The notes: generated from the sequence alone by a model not told the origin. Shown: positions 32,803 to 43,030, counted from the first letter of the stretch. The stretch: DNA of 48,931 bases from Candidatus Staskawiczbacteria bacterium (GCA_049513595.1 JBEKVX010000001.1:1-48931), one strand, 5' to 3'. A program made the numbers and translations.

Positions 32803-35565
32803 TTAAGCGTTAGATGAAAGGCGCCTGAACACCACAACAAATAAAAATATCAGCACAAGTGCCACTAAAATCCACAGATACCATCGTTTTAAGAATGCCC
32901 AAAAACCCGATGTTGACTGAGTAGAAGAAACTGATGCAGCAGCAGCCTGGCTTGGAATTAAGTTAATTGAAACAGAGTCGGACTGCGCGGGACCCGTAGA
33001 AACATTACTTGTGGCAACTGCCTGTTCTGTTGCCTGGGTTGAAATTGTCTGGGTTTTGCCTTCAAAAGTTATTGATTTTGCGCCTCCAGGAGTTAAAGAC
33101 CCGATGCTTACGCCAGAAACAATGTCGCCCGAAACTAAGACGCCATTAATCTGTAAGTTTCCCAACGAAGTAACCTCGTTTGGAATATTTGCCGAAATGT
33201 TTACATTATTTACCTGGCTTGCCGAATTATTTACAACAGAAATCATAAAATAAACCTGTCCGTTAGAACCGACCTGAACTGTTTTCTGCCATTGTGTAGA
33301 ATTTTGGTCTTGTTTTGCAAAAAATGAAACTGACAAGGTGCTTACATTATTGCTGACATTATTATTGTTATTATTGCTGTTATTGCTGGAGTTATTGTTG
33401 TTATTATTAGTATTGCTATTATTGTTGCTTGAGCAATAATTATTATAATCAGCAGAGCCGGCGGCGCAGGTTGTGCCGTCGCATTTTATAGTATTAGAAC
33501 ATTGTCCGCCAATACAACTGTCTAAAGTACAACTATTGCTGTCTGCGCAGCTCTTGTACAAAGTATTCGCTCTTCCGAGAGAGTCATACCAATAAAGGTT
33601 GTTTGAGTAACAAGCGGTTTTGTAGTGAGCTACGTAAGAAGGATTATATACTATAGGAACAATAATTTGCTGATATGATATAGTGCATATGCCATATTGA
33701 CAGGTCGTGTTGACGCCGGCGCAGGTTTGAAAGAGGTCTTGCTGACCGCCGCATGAGTCGTACCAATAGATATTATTTCCTACGCATAGTTTATAAGCGT
33801 GATAAGTGCAATTTCCATACGGATTATATGGGGTGTATGAGCACGAATTGTTGTAGCATCCGTTCTGACAGTATTGCGACTGGCTTTCTTGGTTGCCACA
33901 TGAATCGTACCAATACAAATAATTTCCACTGCATCTTTGGTATGAGTTTTGTGTGCAGTTATTATTGTTTGTGCATGCACTGCCCGAACATCCATTCTGG
34001 CAATATTGAATCAAACTCTGTTGAACCCCGCACGAATTGTACCAGTAAAGATTATTGCCGACACATTGTTCATACGAATTAGATGTACAAGGGTTAAGGT
34101 ATACACAGATGTTGCCAGCGCATCCATTGGGGCAGTACTGCGCCTGGCCTTGCTGGTTGCCGCATGAGTCGTACCAGTACAAATAGTTGCCTTGACATTG
34201 CTGATATGAATTTTGCGTGCAGTTGGTGCCACAACTTCCATTAGAACATGTTTGGTTTCCCGTGCACGTGGTTTTTAACTGAGGAGCTGTGTTGTTTGAG
34301 CAGTACGAAGTACCTGTACCAGGGTTGTTGCAAGTGTAAGTGATGTAATTTTGATAAACATTGTTACCTTGGCAGAAAGGCGAGCCGATGTATGCGTTGG
34401 TGCCGCAGTCAGTGTTGGCTGTACACGTTATTGTCTGGTTGGTGCACGAACCGCCAGAACATATCTGGTTCCCCGTACACGTTGTCTTTAATTGCGAAGC
34501 AGTGTTGTTTGAGCAATATGAACTTGGTGTTCCTGCGTTGTTGCAGGTGTATGTGATATAGTTTTGATAAACGTTGTTGCTTGAACAATATGGCGAGCCG
34601 GTGTAGGTGTTGGTGCCGCACTGAGTGTTGGAGCTGCAGGTGATATTTGGACTTGGACATTGTCCTTGGCTTACCACATTTGTGCCGGCTTGAATTGCCA
34701 AACATGAGTTGCAATAAGTTCTTCCGTCTGCGCCACAAACATATACGCAATACAAAGGACAAATTATATTGCCGCACGAGCCGCCAGAACAGGTTTGGCT
34801 GGTAGTGCATTGCTGGTAAAGAGTCCCCTGATTTCCGCAAGAATCAAAATTATAAACAGAATTACCGACGCATCGTTTTGAGGCATTCGGAGAGCATGAA
34901 TATATGCATTGGGCGTTTGTACAGGTTTGGCTTGTCGTACACTGCTGAAATAAATCTTGCTGGACTCCGCAAGAATCAAACCAATAAACAACGCTACCAA
35001 CGCATTTTTTAGAATCGTGCGAGATGCAACTGGGCGTCGGCGAATTAATATTTCCTGAGAAATCGCACTTGTACGCGCCGTTGTTATCAAAGTAATAGCC
35101 GTCAATGTCCACAACATAAATATAAGCTGATGTCGCTCCGGCAGGCACAGAAATCGCGCTATTTAATGCGGCAGAAACCGGAACTTGCTGAATCAGCACA
35201 GTTGCATTATTGTAAAATCCAATTTGCACGGCTCCGCCATCGGTACAATTATGTAAAAAACCTTCCTCGCATCCGTAATATGTATTCCAAACGCAGGTTC
35301 CTGCAGTTTCATATCTAGTACAATAATTTCCCGTGATGGCATTTAATTCCAACATATCTCCTGGATGCAAATTGTTGGAAATTAAAATTGGACTTCTTGC
35401 GCATTGTTGTCCGGCTTTTGAAAATGGCGCCTCTAACGCGTTTACGCTTCCGGAAAAATTAATCGTGGAAGCTTTTGCGGCTTGCGGAGCAATTATTGCA
35501 GAAAACAAAATTGCCGAGCATAAAACCAGGCCGCTAATTACGAATATCTTTAAAAATGTATTCAT
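32803..35565 (-). CDS. Large secreted cysteine-rich repeat protein with a Kazal-like domain, poly-Asn tract and C-terminal TM anchor
   Basis: It has a signal/TM at the N-terminus. Roughly nine modules of about 40 aa follow (C..NSY..C.GN.LYWYDSCG.QQ...QYC.NGC). There are two repeats of about 70 aa, VCGADGRTYCNSC (Kazal-like), an N/S-rich tract and a hydrophobic C-terminus. Confidence 0.8.
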   Translation of the reverse strand: MNTFLKIFVISGLVLCSAILFSAIIAPQAAKASTINFSGSVNALEAPFSKAGQQCARSPILISNNLHPGDMLELNAITGNYCTRYETAGTCVWNTYYGCEEGFLHNCTDGGAVQIGFYNNATVLIQQVPVSAALNSAISVPAGATSAYIYVVDIDGYYFDNNGAYKCDFSGNINSPTPSCISHDSKKCVGSVVYWFDSCGVQQDLFQQCTTSQTCTNAQCIYSCSPNASKRCVGNSVYNFDSCGNQGTLYQQCTTSQTCSGGSCGNIICPLYCVYVCGADGRTYCNSCLAIQAGTNVVSQGQCPSPNITCSSNTQCGTNTYTGSPYCSSNNVYQNYITYTCNNAGTPSSYCSNNTASQLKTTCTGNQICSGGSCTNQTITCTANTDCGTNAYIGSPFCQGNNVYQNYITYTCNNPGTGTSYCSNNTAPQLKTTCTGNQTCSNGSCGTNCTQNSYQQCQGNYLYWYDSCGNQQGQAQYCPNGCAGNICVYLNPCTSNSYEQCVGNNLYWYNSCGVQQSLIQYCQNGCSGSACTNNNNCTQNSYQRCSGNYLYWYDSCGNQESQSQYCQNGCYNNSCSYTPYNPYGNCTYHAYKLCVGNNIYWYDSCGGQQDLFQTCAGVNTTCQYGICTISYQQIIVPIVYNPSYVAHYKTACYSNNLYWYDSLGRANTLYKSCADSNSCTLDSCIGGQCSNTIKCDGTTCAAGSADYNNYCSSNNNSNTNNNNNNSSNNSNNNNNNVSNNVSTLSVSFFAKQDQNSTQWQKTVQVGSNGQVYFMISVVNNSASQVNNVNISANIPNEVTSLGNLQINGVLVSGDIVSGVSIGSLTPGGAKSITFEGKTQTISTQATEQAVATSNVSTGPAQSDSVSINLIPSQAAAASVSSTQSTSGFWAFLKRWYLWILVALVLIFLFVVVFRRLSSNA

Positions 35566-35612
35566 AGATTTTTAAAGTTGTTAATATTTTTATGATTTTT
35601 TATTTATTGTTG

Positions 35613-35641
35613 ACATTACCACTTTAAAGTGAAAAGGTCAA
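35613..35641 (-). promoter_or_regulatory. Promoter (TTGACC-17-TAATGT) for the 920-aa gene
   Basis: Read on the minus strand. The spacer contains the palindrome cactttaaagtg. Confidence 0.5.
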
Positions 35642-35655
35642 TGCGGGCGTGGTAA

Positions 35656-35682
35656 TAAAAACAGAGGTTCTTTATCCTCTGT
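35656..35682 (-). terminator. Intrinsic terminator after mraY
   Basis: acagagg-N8-cctctgt, with a T run on the minus strand. Confidence 0.65.
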
Positions 35683-35718
35683 TATATTACAAAATTACAA
35701 ATTAAAAATCAAGGTTTT

Positions 35719-36780
35719 TTACCGCAACAATCTTACTGCAACGCCGACTATTGCCAGAACAATTCCGATAATCCAGGCGCGCATTGTAACTTTATATGAC
35801 GGCCAGCCCAATGCCTCAAAGTGATGGTGAATTGGCGTTGATAAAAAAACTTTTTTCTTTCTGATTTTTTTGGACAAAAGCTGGATAATCACAGATAAGA
35901 CCTCTATTACCAAAAGTCCGGCAATGATGGGTAAAACGTAGACAGAATCGGTAAGAAATGCCACGACAGCAAGAGTGGTAGTGAGCCCCAAGATACCTGT
36001 TTCTGTCATGTAAAATCTGGCCGGCGGAATATTAAACCATAAAAAGGCAAACAGCGCGCCGGTAATAACTGCGCAAAAGGTTGCCAAATCAATTTTCCCC
36101 AAAGAAAAAGATATTATGGTGAACGCGCCAAAAATTGAAGCAAATGTTCCACCCGCCAATCCATCCAAGCCGTCTATAATTCCGCCAGACCAGCAAGCAA
36201 CGGTTACCAAAATAAATAAAGGAATATACCACAGTCCGATTGAAACGTCGCCGACAAATGGCACATAAATCACATCCCAGCCCAATTTTTGATAAAACCA
36301 AATGCTTCCGATAAGACCGATTAAAATTACTATCAGCAAACGTTTTTTAAAAGAAATTCCGCCGCCAATATATTTTCCCCATCCCTTAACAACGAGAATG
36401 TCATCTATTAAACCCACAATAGATGCGACAACCAACGTAAAAAGCGGCAGCCATGTCTGGCCTCTTGATAAAAAGTTAAATTGAGCCAGTGGCGTATTCG
36501 GAAAAATTAAAGATAAAATAAAAAATAAAAAAATAACCAAAACAACCGTAACCCAGACAAGCAGGCCGCCCATGCGCGGAGTTCCCACTTCTTTTTCTTT
36601 GTGCAGGGTGTTAAAAACAACCGCGTCTTCGCCGGAAATTGCTTTCATTCTTGCTGATTTTTTCCAGAGTTGGTGTTTATACAAAAAATTGGTCAGCAGC
36701 GGACACCAAAAATACGCCAAAACCGAAGTAATGGCTGCCAGACAAAAAATTTTGATAACGTTAAAAATTAGAATTATCAT
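35719..36780 (-). CDS. mraY: Phospho-N-acetylmuramoyl-pentapeptide transferase
   Basis: Polytopic. GLIDDILVV, DGLDGLAGG and STPIHHHFE motifs. Confidence 0.95.
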   Translation of the reverse strand: MIILIFNVIKIFCLAAITSVLAYFWCPLLTNFLYKHQLWKKSARMKAISGEDAVVFNTLHKEKEVGTPRMGGLLVWVTVVLVIFLFFILSLIFPNTPLAQFNFLSRGQTWLPLFTLVVASIVGLIDDILVVKGWGKYIGGGISFKKRLLIVILIGLIGSIWFYQKLGWDVIYVPFVGDVSIGLWYIPLFILVTVACWSGGIIDGLDGLAGGTFASIFGAFTIISFSLGKIDLATFCAVITGALFAFLWFNIPPARFYMTETGILGLTTTLAVVAFLTDSVYVLPIIAGLLVIEVLSVIIQLLSKKIRKKKVFLSTPIHHHFEALGWPSYKVTMRAWIIGIVLAIVGVAVRLLR

Positions 36781-36792
36781 ACAGGTACAGAT

Positions 36793-37722
36793 TTAATTAC
36801 AAAAGGCATTTTGCCAGTCAATTAATTGTTTCATTTCAGAAAACCTGTCGTCAGCGCCCAAAATCACGTTTATTAAGTAGCCATTATCTTTTGGGTTGTT
36901 CATTACTAAAAGCAGACATCCCTTTGCCTGCGTGGTAAAACCGGTTTTGCTGCAGACAATCTCGGGAATTTCTCCCAAAAGCTGGTCTGTGTTTGAGACC
37001 TCGCCAAAGCCAGGCACATAAAACTCTTTTACCCTGCTTATGTCAGCTATTCTGGGATAATTTTTCAAGATATATTCTGCCAATTTTACTAAATCGTCTG
37101 CTGTGGAAACATTTTGCGGGCTCAAACCGGTCGGATCTGCAAAAAAAGTATTTTCTAAGCCAATTTCTTTTGCCTTTTGATTCATTAAACCAACAAATGC
37201 CTCCTCCCCCGGGGTGCTCCCTGGGCCTTCTGACAAGGCATACGCTGATTTATTGGACGATTCAACCAGCATTATTTCCAAAAAATTTTCTGCCGGCATA
37301 GTATCTCCCGATTTTACATCCTGCTTCATTGAATCCTGAGAATCGGCAATTTCATCTACCGTGATATTATCTGATAAATTGTAGTTATCTAAAACAATTA
37401 CCGCTGTCATTAATTTGGTTAAACTGGCAATCGGTAATTTTGTGTCGCTGGCTTTCTCAAAAAGGATTTTGTCTGCATCAGATAAATTGCTTTCAACGGA
37501 AATTGCCGACTCCGCGCTTATTTCCGGCTTTACGGCCGGCTGCACGGAATTTTCCGGCACAATATCTTGAACAGCGCCAGAAACACTTCCTAAAAATGCC
37601 TCTTTATTTTGACCTTGCGCAAAATTCTCAAAAATCCACTGCACACCGGAAATTAAATATACAAAAACCAGCAAAAAAATAAACGACAATAAAAAACCTC
37701 CGATTGCGCGCTTTAAATTCAT
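36793..37722 (-). CDS. D-alanyl-D-alanine carboxypeptidase (S11, PBP5-like)
   Basis: SxxK (ASLTK), SxN (ESSNKS) and KTG (SKTGFT). Confidence 0.85.
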   Translation of the reverse strand: MNLKRAIGGFLLSFIFLLVFVYLISGVQWIFENFAQGQNKEAFLGSVSGAVQDIVPENSVQPAVKPEISAESAISVESNLSDADKILFEKASDTKLPIASLTKLMTAVIVLDNYNLSDNITVDEIADSQDSMKQDVKSGDTMPAENFLEIMLVESSNKSAYALSEGPGSTPGEEAFVGLMNQKAKEIGLENTFFADPTGLSPQNVSTADDLVKLAEYILKNYPRIADISRVKEFYVPGFGEVSNTDQLLGEIPEIVCSKTGFTTQAKGCLLLVMNNPKDNGYLINVILGADDRFSEMKQLIDWQNAFCN

Positions 37723-37728
37723 TTATTT

Positions 37729-39060
37729 TTATGGGGTTAATCTTTTTACGCCGCGATAAACAAACATTGCATCTCTTACATTATCAAGACCAAAAAGTTT
37801 CATAATCATGCGATTCGGCCCCATGCCGTAACCACCGTGAGGAGGACATCCGTATTTGAAAAAATCCAGATAAAACTGTAGTTTTTTTGTATTCATACCC
37901 TTTTTTTTGGCCTGGCTCACTAAAACATCGTAGCGATGTTCTCTTTGCGCGCCAGTCGTAATTTCAAGGCCATTCCAAAGCAAATCAAAACTTTTTGTGA
38001 GCGTTGGATTTTTTTCATCATGCATATGATAGAAAGGCCTCGCGCTTACAGGATATTCTGTGACAAAAACAAACTCGTGACCATATTTTTCTTTTATATA
38101 ATCGCCGAGACCGCGTTCTTCCTCCGAGGATAAGTCGCCCTCTTTTCCGCCGCTGATTCCACGGCCTGAAAGAATACTTTTCGCCTCTTTAATTGATATT
38201 TCGGGGAATGGAAGCGAAGGGACAACAACTTCTCTGTCAAACATTTTTTTAATTTTTTCGCCATAAACCTCTTTTATCCTTTTCAATCCATAAGCAATCA
38301 TTCTCTCTTCTTCATCCATCACGTCGTGGTGAGAATCAATAAAAGAGATCTCCGCGTCGTAACCGGTAAACTCCGTCGCGTGGCGGGAGGTAAATGACGG
38401 TTCGGCGCGAAAAACCGGACCCACTTCAAAAACTTTTTCAAAACCTGCCGCCATCGCCATTTGCTTATAAAACTGCGGACTTTGAGCAAGATATGCTTTT
38501 TTTTCAAAATATTTTACTTCAAAAACTTCTGATCCTGATTCGCTGGCGGTAGCAATGAGTTTTGGAGAGTGTATTTCCAAATAATTATTTGAAATCCAAA
38601 ACTCCCTAAAGGCCTCTTCCATTAATGTCCAGACCTTAAAGATCAATGCATTTTTAGGCTTTCGCAGATCTATCCATCTCCAATCCATTCTCTTGTCAAT
38701 TTCCGGCTCCTCAGCGACTTCTTCGCCAACCGGAATCGGCGGTGTCTCTGCCACAGACAAAACTTTCAGCGTCTCAACCGACATTTCAACCTGTCCGGTT
38801 TCAATTTTTGGATTAACCATATTTTCCGGCCTTTTTACAATCTGCCCGACAATTTCCACAACCCATTCCGGCCTTAAAGTTTCGGCTAAATCATAAACTT
38901 CTTTGTTTGAAGGCACAAAAACAGCCTGCAAAACACCGCTGATATCTCGCAAGTCAATAAATAAAATTTTCCCGTGGGCTCTTCTGGTATTCACCCATCC
39001 GCACACGCGAACCTTTTCTCCAATATGTTTTGCTGTATCGGAAACTAAAAATCTTGGCAT
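37729..39060 (-). CDS. aspS: Aspartyl-tRNA synthetase (archaeal/type-2 size class; AsnRS not fully excluded)
   Basis: OB-fold N-terminus, FRAEPSFTSRHATEF (motif 2), GGYGMGPNR (motif 3) and the ending RLTP. Confidence 0.8.
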   Translation of the reverse strand: MPRFLVSDTAKHIGEKVRVCGWVNTRRAHGKILFIDLRDISGVLQAVFVPSNKEVYDLAETLRPEWVVEIVGQIVKRPENMVNPKIETGQVEMSVETLKVLSVAETPPIPVGEEVAEEPEIDKRMDWRWIDLRKPKNALIFKVWTLMEEAFREFWISNNYLEIHSPKLIATASESGSEVFEVKYFEKKAYLAQSPQFYKQMAMAAGFEKVFEVGPVFRAEPSFTSRHATEFTGYDAEISFIDSHHDVMDEEERMIAYGLKRIKEVYGEKIKKMFDREVVVPSLPFPEISIKEAKSILSGRGISGGKEGDLSSEEERGLGDYIKEKYGHEFVFVTEYPVSARPFYHMHDEKNPTLTKSFDLLWNGLEITTGAQREHRYDVLVSQAKKKGMNTKKLQFYLDFFKYGCPPHGGYGMGPNRMIMKLFGLDNVRDAMFVYRGVKRLTP

Positions 39061-39085
39061 ATTAAAAAATTTTCTAATTGTTTTA

Positions 39086-40702
39086 CTATTTTATTTTGCA
39101 TTTTATAGGATAAGTAGGGTCGCTACTTGGCAAACATAAATTGCCGCCACCATCCACAAATATGTTTGAGGGCGAAAATGAGGCATTAAATAAAGTGCCG
39201 AAATTATTGTTCTTTATTATATTATTACTTGCAACAACTTGTTGATTGGTAAAATCAGGGAATTGAAACCCACCGCCCAACCCTGACGGCGCAAATATGT
39301 TAATATTTGTAGAACTCCTTGCAGATGTTTTTTGTGAAGTCAATGTGTTTGATGCAAAATTATTATTTTCAAAATACATCACTGGTTCTACGGATGGCCT
39401 TAAATCATAATCTCTAAAATACAGAAAAAGTTCTGGAGCGTTAGTGACTATATTCCCAGAAATTATATTTCCTTTCATACTGAGATAATACCATCCTCCA
39501 ATACCAGCAACTCCTACATTGTCAATTTTATTATTAATAATTTGAGAGTCGTACATATATCCTCCGTTTTCAATTCCACAATCCCAATTATTTTTTAAAT
39601 TATTACCACTAATCAAGTCTAATTTCTCGTCTGATATCACTATGTCGTCATCAACACCAATGTCTTCTCCTGGACCAGATCCATGGAATATGCCATCTGA
39701 CATACCATCTATATTATTATTGACAACGCTATTGTTGTTACCGCCTTGCAAATCTACAACAACGCCTCCTTGTGCGGTAGTAGCTGAAAAAGTATTATTC
39801 TTCGTATTAATAAAATTTGATTGATATATCAAATATTCAAGACCCGTGAACTTACTGCCGCTAACAGTAATTTTATTGCTATTGCTAATCTCCATCATAT
39901 CAGATGGACCAGCAGAAACATTAAGGTTTGATAGAGTCCCATTGCTGCTATTTAACAACATCATCGGCACTTGAGTCGCTGACGTATGATTAGTTATTGG
40001 TTGAACAATACAATTATTTATTGAAAAATTATTAACATTGTTAAAATAAATCGCATAATTTCCTCCATTACTTTCAACGGAATGATTTTGACAATCAAAA
40101 TTAACATTATTTGTATCATGAATATTAATACAGGGGGTTGCAACGGTGTTAGTAATATCTGCACCCAACGAATATGTTCCCGGCTTGCTAATATCTGTAC
40201 AAAAATTTATTATAGTTGACTGATTGTTCGATTGTTTGCAAGTTATAGTATTTATCCCCACATTTTTTTTGCAGGCGGAAATATAGTTGGCGCTGGTTCC
40301 GTCCCATTGCCACATGTAATTACCTTGGCAGGAAGAATAAAAACCGTACTGTTTTGTAAAACTTATCAATGTGTCATAACCCTTCATCTGGCATAATTTT
40401 TGAGCAGTCGCGCTATCCGGATAATATCCGCCGGCGCAAGATGTTTTGCAAGAACCAAAAGTTCCGTTGCATTTTTTATTTATGCAGGGCAGTTTTGGCA
40501 CCTTGCTGTCGACGCCATTGTATATTTGATTATTATTAAATTTAACAGTTCCAGATGCGGACGTAGAAGAAGTTGATGCAGAAATATCCGTCAGGTTTAT
40601 TTTAATATTGTTTTTTATCTTATTGAAATCAAGAATTACAACCAACGCGGCTAAAATAACAGCAACTAATACTAATATCAAAAAAAATTTGTTGTTTTTC
40701 AT
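39086..40702 (-). CDS. Secreted/anchored protein with parallel beta-helix repeats
   Basis: N-terminal TM. Repeated N-rich approximately 22-aa turns (NNSVVNNNIDG, ISGNNLKNN, IINNKIDN, ISGNIVTN). Confidence 0.6.
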   Translation of the reverse strand: MKNNKFFLILVLVAVILAALVVILDFNKIKNNIKINLTDISASTSSTSASGTVKFNNNQIYNGVDSKVPKLPCINKKCNGTFGSCKTSCAGGYYPDSATAQKLCQMKGYDTLISFTKQYGFYSSCQGNYMWQWDGTSANYISACKKNVGINTITCKQSNNQSTIINFCTDISKPGTYSLGADITNTVATPCINIHDTNNVNFDCQNHSVESNGGNYAIYFNNVNNFSINNCIVQPITNHTSATQVPMMLLNSSNGTLSNLNVSAGPSDMMEISNSNKITVSGSKFTGLEYLIYQSNFINTKNNTFSATTAQGGVVVDLQGGNNNSVVNNNIDGMSDGIFHGSGPGEDIGVDDDIVISDEKLDLISGNNLKNNWDCGIENGGYMYDSQIINNKIDNVGVAGIGGWYYLSMKGNIISGNIVTNAPELFLYFRDYDLRPSVEPVMYFENNNFASNTLTSQKTSARSSTNINIFAPSGLGGGFQFPDFTNQQVVASNNIIKNNNFGTLFNASFSPSNIFVDGGGNLCLPSSDPTYPIKCKIK

Positions 40703-40707
40703 AAGTT

Positions 40708-41376
40708 TTAAAACGCTTTGAATGTTTTTACAATTTGCACCGCTTCGTCAAATCCGATTGCGCTCGTAAACCCATACCATCTTGGCGGAGTTGCAAAAAC
40801 ATATTTTGAATTTTCTCCAACTTCTGCGGGACCAATTGGCGCCGCAGAAATTGCAACCGATGGATTATTTCCACTTACCAATTTCCAGACATCTGGCGTA
40901 AAAACCATTATCGGAATGTCTTGATATTGCTGGCTGGCGGTTGTCTGCGGATTTTTAAAAAGGAATTCAACTCCGCTGTAATCTCCAATTTTTCCGCCGT
41001 TAATTTTCCATCCTTTCCAGGTATTTTTTTGAACAATAAACCCTTGCCATGTGGCAGGAAAAGTCATTCCAAATCCATACTCTGAATTTTTGTATGATAT
41101 TTTGCACTTTCCGTCGTAAGCATAGCCGGCTCCGTGCTGAAATGCGATACATTGGTTGCAATAATTTTTCCCATCTTTCCCGCAAACGCCGCCGGAAACA
41201 CAAGTTGCTGGACAAATCGGCGCTACCTGAAAAATTTTAGCAATTGTCGGATGCACAAAAAGATACTCATAACCAATCTGCGCAGATAAATAGTATCTGG
41301 CAATAAAATATCCGCCAATGCAAACGATTATTAAAATAATGATTATTATTAATAATATTAAAAATATTTTTTTCAT
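40708..41376 (-). CDS. Membrane-anchored Kazal-like domain protein
   Basis: N-terminal TM, then CPATCVSGGVCGKDGKNYCNQCIAFQHGAGYAYDGKC. Confidence 0.6.
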   Translation of the reverse strand: MKKIFLILLIIIIILIIVCIGGYFIARYYLSAQIGYEYLFVHPTIAKIFQVAPICPATCVSGGVCGKDGKNYCNQCIAFQHGAGYAYDGKCKISYKNSEYGFGMTFPATWQGFIVQKNTWKGWKINGGKIGDYSGVEFLFKNPQTTASQQYQDIPIMVFTPDVWKLVSGNNPSVAISAAPIGPAEVGENSKYVFATPPRWYGFTSAIGFDEAVQIVKTFKAF

Positions 41377-41377
41377 T

Positions 41378-42571
41378 TTATTTCAATTTAATTTTTATAA
41401 ACTTTCTGCTGCCAACTTTTATTATCATTCTATTTTGCAAGTTAACTTCTTTTTTCCAATCAGTAATTCTTTCCTTTTTATCTCCGGTTTGTATTTCCAC
41501 TCCTCCTCCCTCAACTAATCGCTTGGCTTCATTTTTCGACGAAGCAAGTTTTGTATCAAATAATAAATCCAAAACAAAATAATTTTGTTTCCCAGTTTCA
41601 AAAACCGGAATATCGCTTGGTAATTCTTTATTTCTGAAAACCTTGTTAAATTCTTCTTCTGCCATTTCCGCTTCTTTTTCTCCGTGATACATTTTTACAA
41701 TTTCTTTTGCCAATTTGGCTTTAGCATCTCTTGGGTTTGTCATTTTATTTATTTCATTCATCGGAACGCTGGTGCAAATTTCAAAACCGAGCTCAATCAA
41801 ACCATCGGGCCAGCTCATTACTTTGCCATACATTTCATTAGGACCCTCGTCTAAATTTATCATGTTCCCCTCTGTTTTTCCCATCTTTTTTCCCGTCGGG
41901 TCAACAAGAAGCTTAATTGCTATTACAAACATATCCTTATTTTTCATTTTTTTCATCAAGGTTCTTCCCGCCAGCATGTTAAATGTCTGGTCGTTGCCAC
42001 CAACTTGCATATCCACATCCATAGTCACTGCGTCATAGGCCTGGAATATAGGATATAAAAATTCGTGTACGTGAATATCCTGGCCAGATTTAATCCTTTC
42101 TTGAAACATATCTCTTTCTAACAACCTGGCAACTGTAAATTGGGACGCTAAAGAAAGCATGTCTATTGGTTTTAATTTGTTGCTCCATTTTTCGTTATGC
42201 AAAAATCTGACTTTTGACTTTTTGGAATTTAAAATTTTAAGAATCTGCTTTTTGTAATCTTTGGCATTTGTCAGCACTTGGTCGCGTGTTAGCGATTTTC
42301 TTGTTTGGCTTTTTCCGGTTGGATCTCCAATGGTGGCTGTAAAGTCCCCAATTAAAACAATAATTTCGTGCCCTAACTCCTGAAATTGGCGTAACTTTTC
42401 TAAAACTGCGCCGTGACCAAGATGGAGTTTTCCAGTCGGGTCAATGCCGCAATAAATCCTGAGCTTTTTGCCAGACATTAAAACCGCTTCTAATTCCTTG
42501 CGGCTGGGATAAATATTTTCTACTCCCCTGGTGATAGCTTCTTCTATTTTTTGAGAATTTGTATCGGTCAT
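41378..42571 (-). CDS. tyrS: Tyrosyl-tRNA synthetase
   Basis: GIDPTGKLHLGHG (HIGH), KMGKT (KMSKS) and a C-terminal S4-like domain. Confidence 0.93.
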   Translation of the reverse strand: MTDTNSQKIEEAITRGVENIYPSRKELEAVLMSGKKLRIYCGIDPTGKLHLGHGAVLEKLRQFQELGHEIIVLIGDFTATIGDPTGKSQTRKSLTRDQVLTNAKDYKKQILKILNSKKSKVRFLHNEKWSNKLKPIDMLSLASQFTVARLLERDMFQERIKSGQDIHVHEFLYPIFQAYDAVTMDVDMQVGGNDQTFNMLAGRTLMKKMKNKDMFVIAIKLLVDPTGKKMGKTEGNMINLDEGPNEMYGKVMSWPDGLIELGFEICTSVPMNEINKMTNPRDAKAKLAKEIVKMYHGEKEAEMAEEEFNKVFRNKELPSDIPVFETGKQNYFVLDLLFDTKLASSKNEAKRLVEGGGVEIQTGDKKERITDWKKEVNLQNRMIIKVGSRKFIKIKLK

Positions 42572-42640
42572 AGATTTTATAATAACATTATTCTATTATA
42601 CTTGTTTTATAAAAAAATAAAAGAAAGCCGCCGAGTATTG

Positions 42641-42670
42641 ACCCTTCACCCAAAAATTTGGGTGAAGGGT
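42641..42670. promoter_or_regulatory. Perfect 11-bp-stem hairpin abutting/overlapping a TTGACA -35 box
   Basis: acccttcaccc-aaaaattt-gggtgaagggt. TTGACA lies at 42670-42675 (TTGACAAGCG, as at 11296). Confidence 0.5.
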
Positions 42671-42772
42671 TGACAAGCGCTCATAAAAATGAGATGATTA
42701 AAAAAGATTATCCTGCGCTTCGTAGGATAAACTGCAACTTGAAAACCTACTTTGAGAGGAGGATAAAAGTAG

Positions 42773-43030
42773 GTGCTTAAAGATGGAAAGAAGTACTTCG
42801 CTTTTACACGGCCAACGACACGGAGACAAGTCATGGCAAAAAGAAAAGGCAAAAAGAGAAAAGGCAACAATGGATCGGGCGGATTATTCTCTTTCCGCTA
42901 CACAACCCCAACCGTGCCAGTCGGACTCTTCAACAACGGCGGCGGGAGGCTGATTACTACAAGGATGAGGCGTGAACGCCAAAGGCGACGATACAGAACT
43001 GACAACCTGAATCACGCGCGCCTGTGTTAG
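42773..43030 (+). CDS. Small highly basic (Arg/Lys-rich) protein
   Basis: GTG 42773 follows GGAGGA. An alternative start, ATG 42833, follows GGAGA. KRKGKKRKG and RMRRERQRRRYR tracts. Confidence 0.45.
   Translation: MLKDGKKYFAFTRPTTRRQVMAKRKGKKRKGNNGSGGLFSFRYTTPTVPVGLFNNGGGRLITTRMRRERQRRRYRTDNLNHARLC

Noticed and set aside
33011-35575. Plus-strand and out-of-frame ORFs inside the 920-aa gene
   Set aside because: They are shadows of a repeat-rich coding region. The minus-strand frame gives a coherent signal peptide, repeats and TM-anchor architecture.
42572-42780. T-box riboswitch upstream of tyrS
   Set aside because: The minus-strand leader is short and AT-rich. No T-box (AAUUAGGGUGGUACCGCG-like) sequence or specifier-loop architecture was visible.
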